A stretch of DNA of 64,000 nucleotides from sequence record PZ229304.1. One strand, given 5' to 3'. Position numbers and translations under genes: made by a program. This stretch comes from a phage. This document shows positions 48,052 to 56,577 of this stretch, one piece after another. Position 1 is the first letter of the stretch. Each line of letters begins with the position of its first letter. The notes below the pieces were generated by a model. The model searched no databases. It saw only the letters and a list, made by a program, of their open reading frames with translations, and was not told where the DNA came from.

Positions 48052-48774
48052 TTAAGCAATGATTGCTGCGATATTAGGTTTAACAAAGGTAGATGGTTTC
48101 ATAATTTTACCTTTGTCATCAAAGAATACGTACACCTTTTGAACTTCGTTATATACAGCATGTACCCCAGTATAAGAACCTTCTGCACGATCTTTGCTTC
48201 GCATCTCGATAGCATCACACTCTTTTTCAAGAGCTTCAATAATATCCTTAGTTTCCCAAATAGCCAGAAGTTGCTTCTTAGTAGGATACTTGGACTCATT
48301 GCTATTCAACACTTCACGCATAACCTTCTTCTCGTTATAAACAGAACGCACCAAAGTATCTCGTGCCATACGTGTAAGTGTAAGAGACATTAAGGCAAAT
48401 TGCAAGTCATTTTCTACCATTTTATCAAATTCAATGATAACATCGTAAATGTTTTCTGCCAGAACATCGCCTGTCGGCATTTCCAGAGCTTTATCAACAC
48501 CTTCTTTACCAAAGAACATAAATGCCAGATAGGATGCTACCACAAAAATATCTGCTGCTGCATCAAGTAATTCAACGTGATCATTTTCCTGTGCTGCTGC
48601 TTGAAACTCTTTAAGTTCTTCTCGTACAAAAGAAAGTTGAGCTTCAAACATCTCTTGAGTAAATTCTGGAGTTACTCCACCGCGTGCCTTAGCATTCCAA
48701 GCAACAATTTGATCGGCAGCTTTGATAAAGAAGCTATTGTCCACTTTTACTTGTTTGAAAAAATTCTCGATCAT
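48052..48774 (-). CDS. MazG-like nucleoside triphosphate pyrophosphohydrolase domain protein
   Basis: REELKEF...LLDAAADIFVV helix pair resembling MazG/dUTPase-like all-alpha NTP-PPase. Confidence 0.4.
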   Translation of the reverse strand: MIENFFKQVKVDNSFFIKAADQIVAWNAKARGGVTPEFTQEMFEAQLSFVREELKEFQAAAQENDHVELLDAAADIFVVASYLAFMFFGKEGVDKALEMPTGDVLAENIYDVIIEFDKMVENDLQFALMSLTLTRMARDTLVRSVYNEKKVMREVLNSNESKYPTKKQLLAIWETKDIIEALEKECDAIEMRSKDRAEGSYTGVHAVYNEVQKVYVFFDDKGKIMKPSTFVKPNIAAIIA

Positions 48775-48783
48775 TGTTTCTCC

Positions 48784-48963
48784 TTATTTAAAATATTGTT
48801 CTAACAAAACACTAATGCGAACTACCGATTCGCCCATATACGCCCCAGCACAGAGGAAAACAACAAATCTACAAAAATTGCAGTACCATTTGTCCACTGG
48901 AAACGAGGCTAACATTATAATTGCAATAGCAATTAACATCATAAGAACTGTTACTAATACCAT
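48784..48963 (-). CDS. hypothetical small membrane protein
   Basis: Start moved to MVLVTV; two hydrophobic segments. Confidence 0.35.
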   Translation of the reverse strand: MVLVTVLMMLIAIAIIMLASFPVDKWYCNFCRFVVFLCAGAYMGESVVRISVLLEQYFK

Positions 48964-48971
48964 ATTACCTC

Positions 48972-50087
48972 TTACTCTGCTGGTTCCCAAGTACCTGGAA
49001 TCATCTTACGTACACGTACCCCAACAGGCTTGGTAGGAATACCTTCGTCTGAAAATTCTTCGTACTCTATTTCAACAAATTGACCAATAAGTGTCAAAGC
49101 ATTTTCTTCTTTACGATAGTTAATGGTTTCATCTGAATCCTTACGCATCAGGAATTCGACTACTTTACCATTTTCCATCTCACCTGTCAATACCCCGTCA
49201 CCATTTTTATCACGTTTTGCACTTACCACTTTAACTTCAAGCGTCTGCCGTGGTTTACGTTTAATAACATCATAAGAACGTTTATCAAACTCATAAACAC
49301 CTTGTGCATTACGATACACAACACCTTCCGCTTTCTCACGCAGAGCTTTTGCATAGAATTCATCAAACTGCTCTTGGTTTTCAATGTACTCTGTATGTAC
49401 TACACAAATAAGTTCATCTAAACCTTTATCTTCAACAACGTCTTTCAGAGCAGCCAAAACTTCAACCCTCTTCTCAAATGGTACAGATGGCACAGGAACA
49501 TCATATACATAGTATTTAAGAAGCGGAGTGTTAGAATTATGCTTTTTCCACGCACTATTAATTTGTTGAAGGCTAAGTACACCCAAACCAGCAAAAACTT
49601 CACCATCAAGAGGATGACCAACTACTTCTTTAATGAAGGTTGGAATTTCTTTCCAGTGAGGTGGAAGTTTATATACTTCACCAGCTTTAGATAAGCATTC
49701 ACCTTGCATGTTAATCATTGAACGTAGGCCATTCAATTTATACTGTGCATAACCTGGGAACAAAACACGATCAGCATAATCTTTATAATCCTGACATTTC
49801 ATGGGTGTGGAAGGAACATGGTTTTCAGCTTCCTCTTTTGTTTTATAATACCCATTCTTAAGTTGTTTTGTCCATTTGGCAAGAGCTTCTATTTCAGCTT
49901 GTTCTTCTGCTGTTGTTTCATTTGAGCGACCAATATTTTTAGGTTCTGCTGTATAAGATTTGCTAGTAATCTTCCCACCTAATTGACCATGAGCAACAGT
50001 TACAACACTACCTTCGGTATAGACTGACCACTGTTTAATTTTACCTGTAGAAGTTTTACCATACAATGTAGGATTAGTTTGTTTCAT
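48972..50087 (-). CDS. ATP-dependent DNA ligase
   Basis: Nucleotidyltransferase motifs KLNGLR (motif I), LDGEV, EGVVYR, KRKPRQ; C-terminal OB-like region; start moved to MKQTNP with GGAGG RBS. Confidence 0.65.
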   Translation of the reverse strand: MKQTNPTLYGKTSTGKIKQWSVYTEGSVVTVAHGQLGGKITSKSYTAEPKNIGRSNETTAEEQAEIEALAKWTKQLKNGYYKTKEEAENHVPSTPMKCQDYKDYADRVLFPGYAQYKLNGLRSMINMQGECLSKAGEVYKLPPHWKEIPTFIKEVVGHPLDGEVFAGLGVLSLQQINSAWKKHNSNTPLLKYYVYDVPVPSVPFEKRVEVLAALKDVVEDKGLDELICVVHTEYIENQEQFDEFYAKALREKAEGVVYRNAQGVYEFDKRSYDVIKRKPRQTLEVKVVSAKRDKNGDGVLTGEMENGKVVEFLMRKDSDETINYRKEENALTLIGQFVEIEYEEFSDEGIPTKPVGVRVRKMIPGTWEPAE

Positions 50088-50277
50088 CTTTAACCTCCAG
50101 TTGCGAAAGAACCCATTTAGCCATTTCAATCTCACCGTGTAGTCTGCCTAGTTCATAGGCATCATCAATATTACCACCAGTGTAATCATCCACCATAAAG
50201 TAAGGATCTTCGCTACTGTTAGGTGCGTTTGCAATTCTCGTTAGTTCTTCAATAAATGTCATAGTTACCCTTACCAA
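50074..50277 (-). CDS. hypothetical protein
   Basis: ORF track. Confidence 0.4.
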   Translation of the reverse strand: MVRVTMTFIEELTRIANAPNSSEDPYFMVDDYTGGNIDDAYELGRLHGEIEMAKWVLSQLEVKDETN

Positions 50278-50495
50278 TTATACACAAGAGTTTGAATCTC
50301 TTCCATCAAATCTTCAAGATCTGTATCAACGTATTCAGAAGATGTTGCCATAAAGTATGTAATCATTGTGAACCCTTCCGAAGAAAGAGCATCAAGGATA
50401 TCATTAAACATATCTTCCATTTCAGTATTCTCACCAAACGAGAATAACATTTGTTGATCTTCGCTTACACCTTTAACATAGATAGCTGTGCTCAT
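50271..50495 (-). CDS. hypothetical acidic protein
   Basis: ORF track. Confidence 0.4.
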   Translation of the reverse strand: MSTAIYVKGVSEDQQMLFSFGENTEMEDMFNDILDALSSEGFTMITYFMATSSEYVDTDLEDLMEEIQTLVYNW

Positions 50496-50498
50496 ATA

Positions 50499-50819
50499 TT
50501 AATCCTTAAGACGTTCATTTAAATCTGCAATAACATCATTTAAATCTTCACATTCCAGTGTTAACTCTGAAACTTGTTCATTCAAACAAGAAACTTCTTC
50601 ATTTAGATCTGAAATAATGTTTTCTAATGAATCTACTTGGTCATCATATGAACGTTTTGTTTCTTCAAGTTCTTCCGTAAGATCATTAATCAAACGGAGC
50701 AAAGATAAGATATAGCCGTCTCCTGTCTCGTTCCTCCACTCACTTCCATAGCGATAAATAATAATTTCACCATTATCGACTACTGTAAAATACTTACCTT
50801 CACCAGAATAAATTTCCAT
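50499..50819 (-). CDS. hypothetical coiled-coil protein
   Basis: Heptad-like LxxxLxE repeats. Confidence 0.45.
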   Translation of the reverse strand: MEIYSGEGKYFTVVDNGEIIIYRYGSEWRNETGDGYILSLLRLINDLTEELEETKRSYDDQVDSLENIISDLNEEVSCLNEQVSELTLECEDLNDVIADLNERLKD

Positions 50820-50828
50820 ACACTCTCC

Positions 50829-51233
50829 TTATTGTAGTTTAAGTGAACTGCGAAGACGTTTTTCTTGCTGATCACGAATATGTTGTGGAACCTCATGAAT
50901 TGAGTCGTTACCGTGCCTATTTTCAACTACTAAAGAGATAACTTGATAACCAAACTCTTCAGCAAGAGTTAAATAAGGTTTAAGTTCTTTCTCTGTGGTT
51001 GAAGTGTTAGAGACAATAATCTTTTTAATATTAGATGCCATAGCATCACGAACAATACTCTGACACCATGCGTGTGCTTTACCTACATTCTCTGGCTTCC
51101 AATCGTAAACACCACTTTCTGTGTAATGATATTGATCTGCCTCACAGATAGGCCAATAACCTTCAGAAATAATTTCTGCTACTGTAGATTTACCTGCACC
51201 TGAAACACCACGTAAGATGATAAGTTGTTTCAT
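50829..51233 (-). CDS. P-loop kinase, polynucleotide-kinase-like (resembles the kinase domain of T4 Pnk)
   Basis: Walker A GVSGAGKST; IIVSNTSTT parallels the T4 Pnk VIISDTNLN segment; coupled to RNA ligase gene. Confidence 0.55.
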   Translation of the reverse strand: MKQLIILRGVSGAGKSTVAEIISEGYWPICEADQYHYTESGVYDWKPENVGKAHAWCQSIVRDAMASNIKKIIVSNTSTTEKELKPYLTLAEEFGYQVISLVVENRHGNDSIHEVPQHIRDQQEKRLRSSLKLQ

Positions 51234-52166
51234 TTAGCCTCCAAAGAAGTTTTCTATTTCTTTACGTCGCTCTTGTGGATCTAAAGCAGCCCATTGAGTC
51301 TTAGTAAAGTTGTTTCGAAGCCATTCTAGCAAAGTATAATATTCTTCGTCAACAATTTGTTTAGCATTGTTTGGGTTGTCCCAAATCATATCCCACTTCT
51401 TATTGCCACCACGCATAAGGAATTTTTTAGCAAGATAGTATGGTGACTTAATTTTTAACAGTAAGTTAAACGGGTAGTTTGTTTCACGAACAACAAACCC
51501 TTCGTGTTTACAATGTTTAGACATTTCAACAACATCTGAAAATTTAATCATCGGATAAACTTCAGGACGTTTAAATTTTGTAATAGATGCAATCCCATCA
51601 AGAACACCTTCAGGTAACATGAAACTTGTCCCATCAAGATTTTGAATTCTTGCTCCAATTAAGTATGCGCCTGGTTCTTCTTCGACAATATGTGGATCAG
51701 AAGGATCACAGATTTCAAAAAGAAAAGTTGCTTTTGCACTTTCTGTCCACTTAATGAAATACTCTATGTCGTCACACTCGGAAACAATACGGTTCTTTGC
51801 CATAATTGCGAAATCTGATTCTAGGCTCCCTGTTGTTGATACAACAAGTTTCCCTTTGTACACACCTACAGATGCCATAAAACCGTTTACTTTACGGACA
51901 GCATCTACAATTTCGTCTGCTGGAAGATCTGTACCATTTTCAAAACGATTAAAGATTTTAGTAAAAGGCCAAATAACAACATTGTCTTCTGAGTCAACAA
52001 CCAACCCACGACAATCTAAAAGTCGTTTGTCAACGTTCCACAAGTTATCCCAGAATACATTGTTTTTGTATTTAAGTACAGCAAGACCAGCATACTCTCC
52101 AGATTTAACTTCTTTTTTATGAACTAAACCTTTTGCAATCAGGTCATCACAATTGAACTTAGCCAC
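51234..52166 (-). CDS. RNA ligase (covalent nucleotidyltransferase superfamily)
   Basis: Motif I KVNGFM, motif IV EGFVVR, motif V LLKIK. Confidence 0.65.
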   Translation of the reverse strand: MAKFNCDDLIAKGLVHKKEVKSGEYAGLAVLKYKNNVFWDNLWNVDKRLLDCRGLVVDSEDNVVIWPFTKIFNRFENGTDLPADEIVDAVRKVNGFMASVGVYKGKLVVSTTGSLESDFAIMAKNRIVSECDDIEYFIKWTESAKATFLFEICDPSDPHIVEEEPGAYLIGARIQNLDGTSFMLPEGVLDGIASITKFKRPEVYPMIKFSDVVEMSKHCKHEGFVVRETNYPFNLLLKIKSPYYLAKKFLMRGGNKKWDMIWDNPNNAKQIVDEEYYTLLEWLRNNFTKTQWAALDPQERRKEIENFFGG

Positions 52167-52167
52167 C

Positions 52168-52719
52168 TTAATCTCCTTTGATTATCTTATGATGATCTAC
52201 AACAATAATATCACGCTTATCCATAATAGAGATGATTTCGTCAAAATGCAAGATTTTCCCGTGTGCATCCCAACCAACATCCAACATTTTCCCATACAAA
52301 TGATCAGGGAATGATCCGTGAGAGTGTCCGTGTAGCATGATTGATCCATGCCCTTGTTTATTCCAGGCAGCCATAGGGTAATGACTTAAGACGAAGAACA
52401 GCTTCTGATATTTCACTTCGTCATAATACACAACTTCTCCATACTCTGCAAGCACTTTTCTGTGTTTGCTGTAATCATGGTTCCCAACACAGTAAGTAAT
52501 ATCCCCTTGGAGACGGGAAGCAATCTTACGGGTATCTTCTTCAGTCCCGAAACAGAAGTCCCCAAGATGGTACATCTTTACTCCTGGTGTTGTGGCACAT
52601 TTATTCCATGCTTCGATCAGTGCTTCTGTCATATGCTCCATATCTTCCCACGGGCGATATTCAGGAGCAAACTCTCGGATACGTTTGTGCATAAAATGCA
52701 AATCACTTGTAATAAACAT
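52168..52719 (-). CDS. calcineurin-like metallophosphoesterase (candidate RNA 2,3-cyclic / 3-phosphate end-healing phosphatase)
   Basis: SDLHF, HLGDF, GNHD, LHGHSHG metallophosphoesterase motifs; coupled to ligase and kinase. Confidence 0.7.
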   Translation of the reverse strand: MFITSDLHFMHKRIREFAPEYRPWEDMEHMTEALIEAWNKCATTPGVKMYHLGDFCFGTEEDTRKIASRLQGDITYCVGNHDYSKHRKVLAEYGEVVYYDEVKYQKLFFVLSHYPMAAWNKQGHGSIMLHGHSHGSFPDHLYGKMLDVGWDAHGKILHFDEIISIMDKRDIIVVDHHKIIKGD

Positions 52720-53081
52720 TAGTATAATCCCTCGCTGAATAGTTCACTGTTGTGACCATTTCTTTCGTAGTTAATTTGTTTGGCGTTATCTGCAATGATA
52801 TAAGCATCTTTGCGACTCCACCAGTTATAATACTGATCAATAAACCCTTGATTATCAGGTAAGCAAAACAGTTTATCGATCAATCCTGCATCTTTTAAAA
52901 CATTAAGTTGTGCAGATAGTACAGGATTTGCATGCCTAACACAAGGAATAATTAACTCTTCGCCATTGTTAAGAATATACTTATTCGCAGCGCATACTAT
53001 AACACGTTGAGCATAGTAATCCTCACCAATCCAAGTAAGAGGTTGGTAACAAATATCATGTTGATTAGTAGCGCACATCAA
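52719..53081 (-). CDS. hypothetical protein
   Basis: ORF track. Confidence 0.45.
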   Translation of the reverse strand: MMCATNQHDICYQPLTWIGEDYYAQRVIVCAANKYILNNGEELIIPCVRHANPVLSAQLNVLKDAGLIDKLFCLPDNQGFIDQYYNWWSRKDAYIIADNAKQINYERNGHNSELFSEGLY

Positions 53082-53236
53082 TTTTCTCCGTACTCTTTTA
53101 ATCTATCAGCGAAAAAACTGTAATCAGGAAGTAAAAGATCATTACTCATATCGTTACAGTTTTCTTCCTCTTTATAGATAAAACGCCCTTCATCCTCTTC
53201 TTGCTCTGACCAAACTGAGTAATGCATAATACCTAC

Positions 53237-53578
53237 TTAATAGTTAACACGTTTAATTTCAACACCATAGGATGAAATAAAATTTTCCTTAGCTAACATA
53301 TATTTACCAGCAGCAGAAGGATTTGATGTATGAACATAGATAGTTTTAAGAGCATCCCATTCACCCGCGTACAACATACATTCTACGTCTAAGAACGCAT
53401 GATATCCTTCTTGATCTTCTCCAAGATCATTATCGAAGTGTATCTCTGAGATATTATTGAAATTATCTTCATCCGAAACAAAAGATAACCAATCCTCAAA
53501 AGATTTTAACCAAATAGCATCCTCATAACCATAATCTTTAGGATCTCTTAAATCGTCTAACCAAAGAATTTTAGCCAC
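53237..53578 (-). CDS. hypothetical protein
   Basis: ORF track. Confidence 0.45.
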   Translation of the reverse strand: MAKILWLDDLRDPKDYGYEDAIWLKSFEDWLSFVSDEDNFNNISEIHFDNDLGEDQEGYHAFLDVECMLYAGEWDALKTIYVHTSNPSAAGKYMLAKENFISSYGVEIKRVNY

Positions 53579-53772
53579 TATCTACCCCCTTCCTGTTTCT
53601 CTTCTTTCCAAGTTTTACCATTATCTACCAACTTCTTAGAAACAGCAAATCTTTCTCCATTGATATAAAACAAATAAAGAATAAAGGATTTTCCTATAGT
53701 TACAGTATCTGCTACTTCTACACGCTTTACACCTTGCATGTATTTGGCTTTACCTGAATAAATAAGAAACAT
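53578..53772 (-). CDS. hypothetical protein
   Basis: ORF track. Confidence 0.4.
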   Translation of the reverse strand: MFLIYSGKAKYMQGVKRVEVADTVTIGKSFILYLFYINGERFAVSKKLVDNGKTWKEEKQEGGR

Positions 53773-54050
53773 TACTTATTCCTTTTGTTGTTGATCACAT
53801 CTAAAGCTGTGTAAGGTTTGTTTGTACCGCTGTATTCAAGAATAATTGGTACATATTCATAGACCAACTCAAAAGTACCATACACAGAATCTGCAACTGA
53901 AATAAGCATTTCAGTGCCTTCATCGTTCTTAATTAATGAAAACCTTGCCCCTGGTTTATTGAGCACTTCATATTTCTTACCTGCTGTCAGCAAACCTGAA
54001 TACCATTCATTTTGCACAACAGACAAACACTTCAGGTAGGTTTTTCTCAT
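53772..54050 (-). CDS. hypothetical protein
   Basis: ORF track. Confidence 0.45.
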   Translation of the reverse strand: MRKTYLKCLSVVQNEWYSGLLTAGKKYEVLNKPGARFSLIKNDEGTEMLISVADSVYGTFELVYEYVPIILEYSGTNKPYTALDVINNKRNK

Positions 54051-54388
54051 TTCTTTTTGCTCCTTCTTTTAGGCTTCTCGTATAAACCTAACACAGCCGA
54101 TTCTTTTGCACAAATAGGAACTGACTTCATTCCTCGTTTTTTAGCTTCTGGTAGATTCAAAACCCACCAGCCAAACCAGTACAATTCATCTTCTGTGAAA
54201 GGATCTGCCATAGGATCTGCATCACGTGCTTCAAATTTAGCAAGAGCTTCTTCTATCTTTTCTATTGGAGTATCAAAGACAAAAGCCTCTGTGTCAAATT
54301 TTTGTTTCTTAGGAGCGGCTTTTGCCGCCCCATCTTTAGATGCGCGCTTTGTTACGGATCGCTTCTTCGGTGTTTTCGCCATCAACAA
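54047..54388 (-). CDS. hypothetical basic protein
   Basis: ORF track; lysine-rich termini. Confidence 0.45.
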   Translation of the reverse strand: MLMAKTPKKRSVTKRASKDGAAKAAPKKQKFDTEAFVFDTPIEKIEEALAKFEARDADPMADPFTEDELYWFGWWVLNLPEAKKRGMKSVPICAKESAVLGLYEKPKRRSKKK

Positions 54389-54575
54389 CCTCCATGCGGT
54401 GTAAGAAATCTTGCTGGAATCGCCAATACTGTTGACCAGTCCTTACATCTTCGTAGATCACAACAGGATCAAATACTTTAGATACACCCGCTGGTTTAGG
54501 AAAGCCAACTACACGATATAAACCGCCTTTGCTAATACAAGAATATGTTACATCAGTTAAAATTTCTTTTTTCAT
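54336..54575 (-). CDS. hypothetical protein
   Basis: ORF track. Confidence 0.4.
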   Translation of the reverse strand: MKKEILTDVTYSCISKGGLYRVVGFPKPAGVSKVFDPVVIYEDVRTGQQYWRFQQDFLHRMEVVDGENTEEAIRNKARI

Positions 54576-54769
54576 TTCTTAATAAACTCCAATACAGGTA
54601 CGTGATCAGCAGTTAAAGTTACACAATTGTAACTCACCTTTTCAACTTCAGAGAATGCTTCAACCCAAAGCAAGAAATTCTCTTTAGCTTCTTCATAATT
54701 CAATGTTGACTTAACAACATGGAACTCACCAAGGATGACTCTATAGATTGTTTGCATAGTTTGATTCAT
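54572..54769 (-). CDS. hypothetical protein
   Basis: ORF track. Confidence 0.4.
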   Translation of the reverse strand: MNQTMQTIYRVILGEFHVVKSTLNYEEAKENFLLWVEAFSEVEKVSYNCVTLTADHVPVLEFIKK

Positions 54770-54835
54770 TTATTTTTCCTTTGTTTAAAATGTGTTAAAC
54801 AATCGCAAATGCTTGTGACGCACTTTGTGATTCCA

Positions 54836-55204
54836 CTAATTAATGTCAGCACTATGATTGTTGAAAGTATAGGATACTCCATCGCCCAAGTCAACATGAA
54901 TCTCAACTCCTAACTGTCTTTCTAATGGTAAACGTTTTGAGAATTGATAATTACAAAGTTTACAGTCTAAGTCAAGCAATTCATGTTTGCTTAAACCTGC
55001 AACGATAACTTTGCTTCCCGCTGTCCACTCAATACCTTCAAAGTTATCTCTTCTTTTCAAAATGTCAAGTAAGAAGATGATTTGTTGCCATTCCGTAGAC
55101 AAGTCTTCTTCATAGAACGCAGAACAAAAAGTTTTATCATCGTAGAAAGCATACATTATGCCTCCATCTATTGTTTCACTTCTAACGTAACGTGTGACCC
55201 TCAT
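54836..55204 (-). CDS. hypothetical protein
   Basis: ORF track; RBS AGGAGGAAA. Confidence 0.5.
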   Translation of the reverse strand: MRVTRYVRSETIDGGIMYAFYDDKTFCSAFYEEDLSTEWQQIIFLLDILKRRDNFEGIEWTAGSKVIVAGLSKHELLDLDCKLCNYQFSKRLPLERQLGVEIHVDLGDGVSYTFNNHSADIN

Positions 55205-55335
55205 TGTTTCCTCCTGTACGGCTCTGTAACGAGCTAATAGCCTCTAAGATATGTAATCACATTACCTCACAGTAAAACTCGTTACAATCGTTTTTAGGAG
55301 GTTTAGGTTGTACTTAAAAATAATTTAAAAAGGTG

Positions 55336-55365
55336 TTGACAAACGCAAAAAAGTATGCTACCCTA
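55336..55365 (+). promoter_or_regulatory. sigma70-like promoter (TTGACA 55336-55341) in the divergent intergenic region upstream of the Adps-like gene
   Basis: TTGACA followed about 17 bp later by TATGCT. Confidence 0.4.
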
Positions 55366-55612
55366 ACCCCGAAAAACGCCGAGCGCAGCGAGGGGGTGTT
55401 ATCTAATCTTGTGATACATGATCTAACAGACAACTGAGTAGTCTACATATAGCACTATGTTATGTCTATAATACTAACATACATGCTCTATACTAACAAT
55501 AGATTCTTTATTAATTTTATTATTAATTAAATAATAAATATCTATTGACTTTAGATCTATCTGTATGTAGAGTAGAGAACATAAAGTCCTAACTCAACTA
55601 AGGAGATAAACA

Positions 55613-56506
55613 ATGAAAGTTAGTATTCTACATGGTGTTGACTGTTATGTTACTGATGTAGACGTTAAAGTCTTTACATTCTCTGGTGGAGAACAGCATG
55701 TTCAACTAGATACGAATCTATCAGGTTTCAATCATGCTACAGACAGAATCTTACTCACTTTAGAAGTAAGATCTGCTAAAGACTTGATGACTTTGGTTAT
55801 GACTAAGAATGCATTGGACAATATGCTATATCATAAACCATATTGTGTTGATTTGCTCATGTTGTATGTGCCGTATGCACGACAAGACAGAGTGTGTGAG
55901 CCTGGGGAAGCATTCGGAGTTAAAGCCTTTGCTTCTATAATTAATTCATTAAATTTCTCACGTGTTATCGTTGCTGATCCACATAGTGATGTTACGCCAG
56001 CAGTGTTTGACAGACTCTGTGTAATACCTCAAGAAGAGATTGCTTACGAAACTTTAAAGTGGAAGTTACGTATGGAGAATTTTGCTCTTGTTAGTCCTGA
56101 TGGTGGTGCTCTTAAGAAAATATTTAAATTATCTAAGAAAATGTCTTTAGATGTGTTCTGTGCAGAGAAGGTTAGAGATACTGCAACAGGTGCTATTGTT
56201 CGTACAGACATTTCTGTACAGGATTTCAATAAGCGTAACCTGATGATCGTAGATGATATCTGTGATGGTGGTAGAACTTTTATCGAATTGGCTAAAGTGC
56301 TACGTGCTCGTAACGCAGGTAAGATTGAGTTATATGTTACACACGGTATCTTTTCTAAAGGTCTTAAAGAGTTAAGTGAGCACTTTGACTGCATTCATTC
56401 TCTTAATGTGTGGGAAGATAACATCCAAGAAGATTCCGGTGTTCTTGTTAAGAATCAGCCAGATTTGCAACAACAAATTGTATCTCCATACGTGTGGAAT
56501 TTTTAA
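55613..56506 (+). CDS. adps: ribose-phosphate pyrophosphokinase (PRPP synthetase)-like enzyme; candidate ADP-ribose pyrophosphate synthetase (Adps) of NARP1
   Basis: Prs-family motifs PYARQDR, VSPDGGALKK, MIVDDICDGGRTF; directly upstream of Nampt-like gene. Confidence 0.7.
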   Translation: MKVSILHGVDCYVTDVDVKVFTFSGGEQHVQLDTNLSGFNHATDRILLTLEVRSAKDLMTLVMTKNALDNMLYHKPYCVDLLMLYVPYARQDRVCEPGEAFGVKAFASIINSLNFSRVIVADPHSDVTPAVFDRLCVIPQEEIAYETLKWKLRMENFALVSPDGGALKKIFKLSKKMSLDVFCAEKVRDTATGAIVRTDISVQDFNKRNLMIVDDICDGGRTFIELAKVLRARNAGKIELYVTHGIFSKGLKELSEHFDCIHSLNVWEDNIQEDSGVLVKNQPDLQQQIVSPYVWNF

Positions 56507-56514
56507 ATAATAAG

Positions 56515-56545
56515 TGTTGACAATAGGGAGTATGCTTAGTAAGAT
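56515..56545 (+). promoter_or_regulatory. promoter-like TTGACA upstream of the Nampt-like gene
   Basis: TTGACA 56517-56522 with AT-rich -10 region. Confidence 0.35.
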
Positions 56546-56577
56546 ACTCCCACACTAACAAACAAGGAGACATAATT

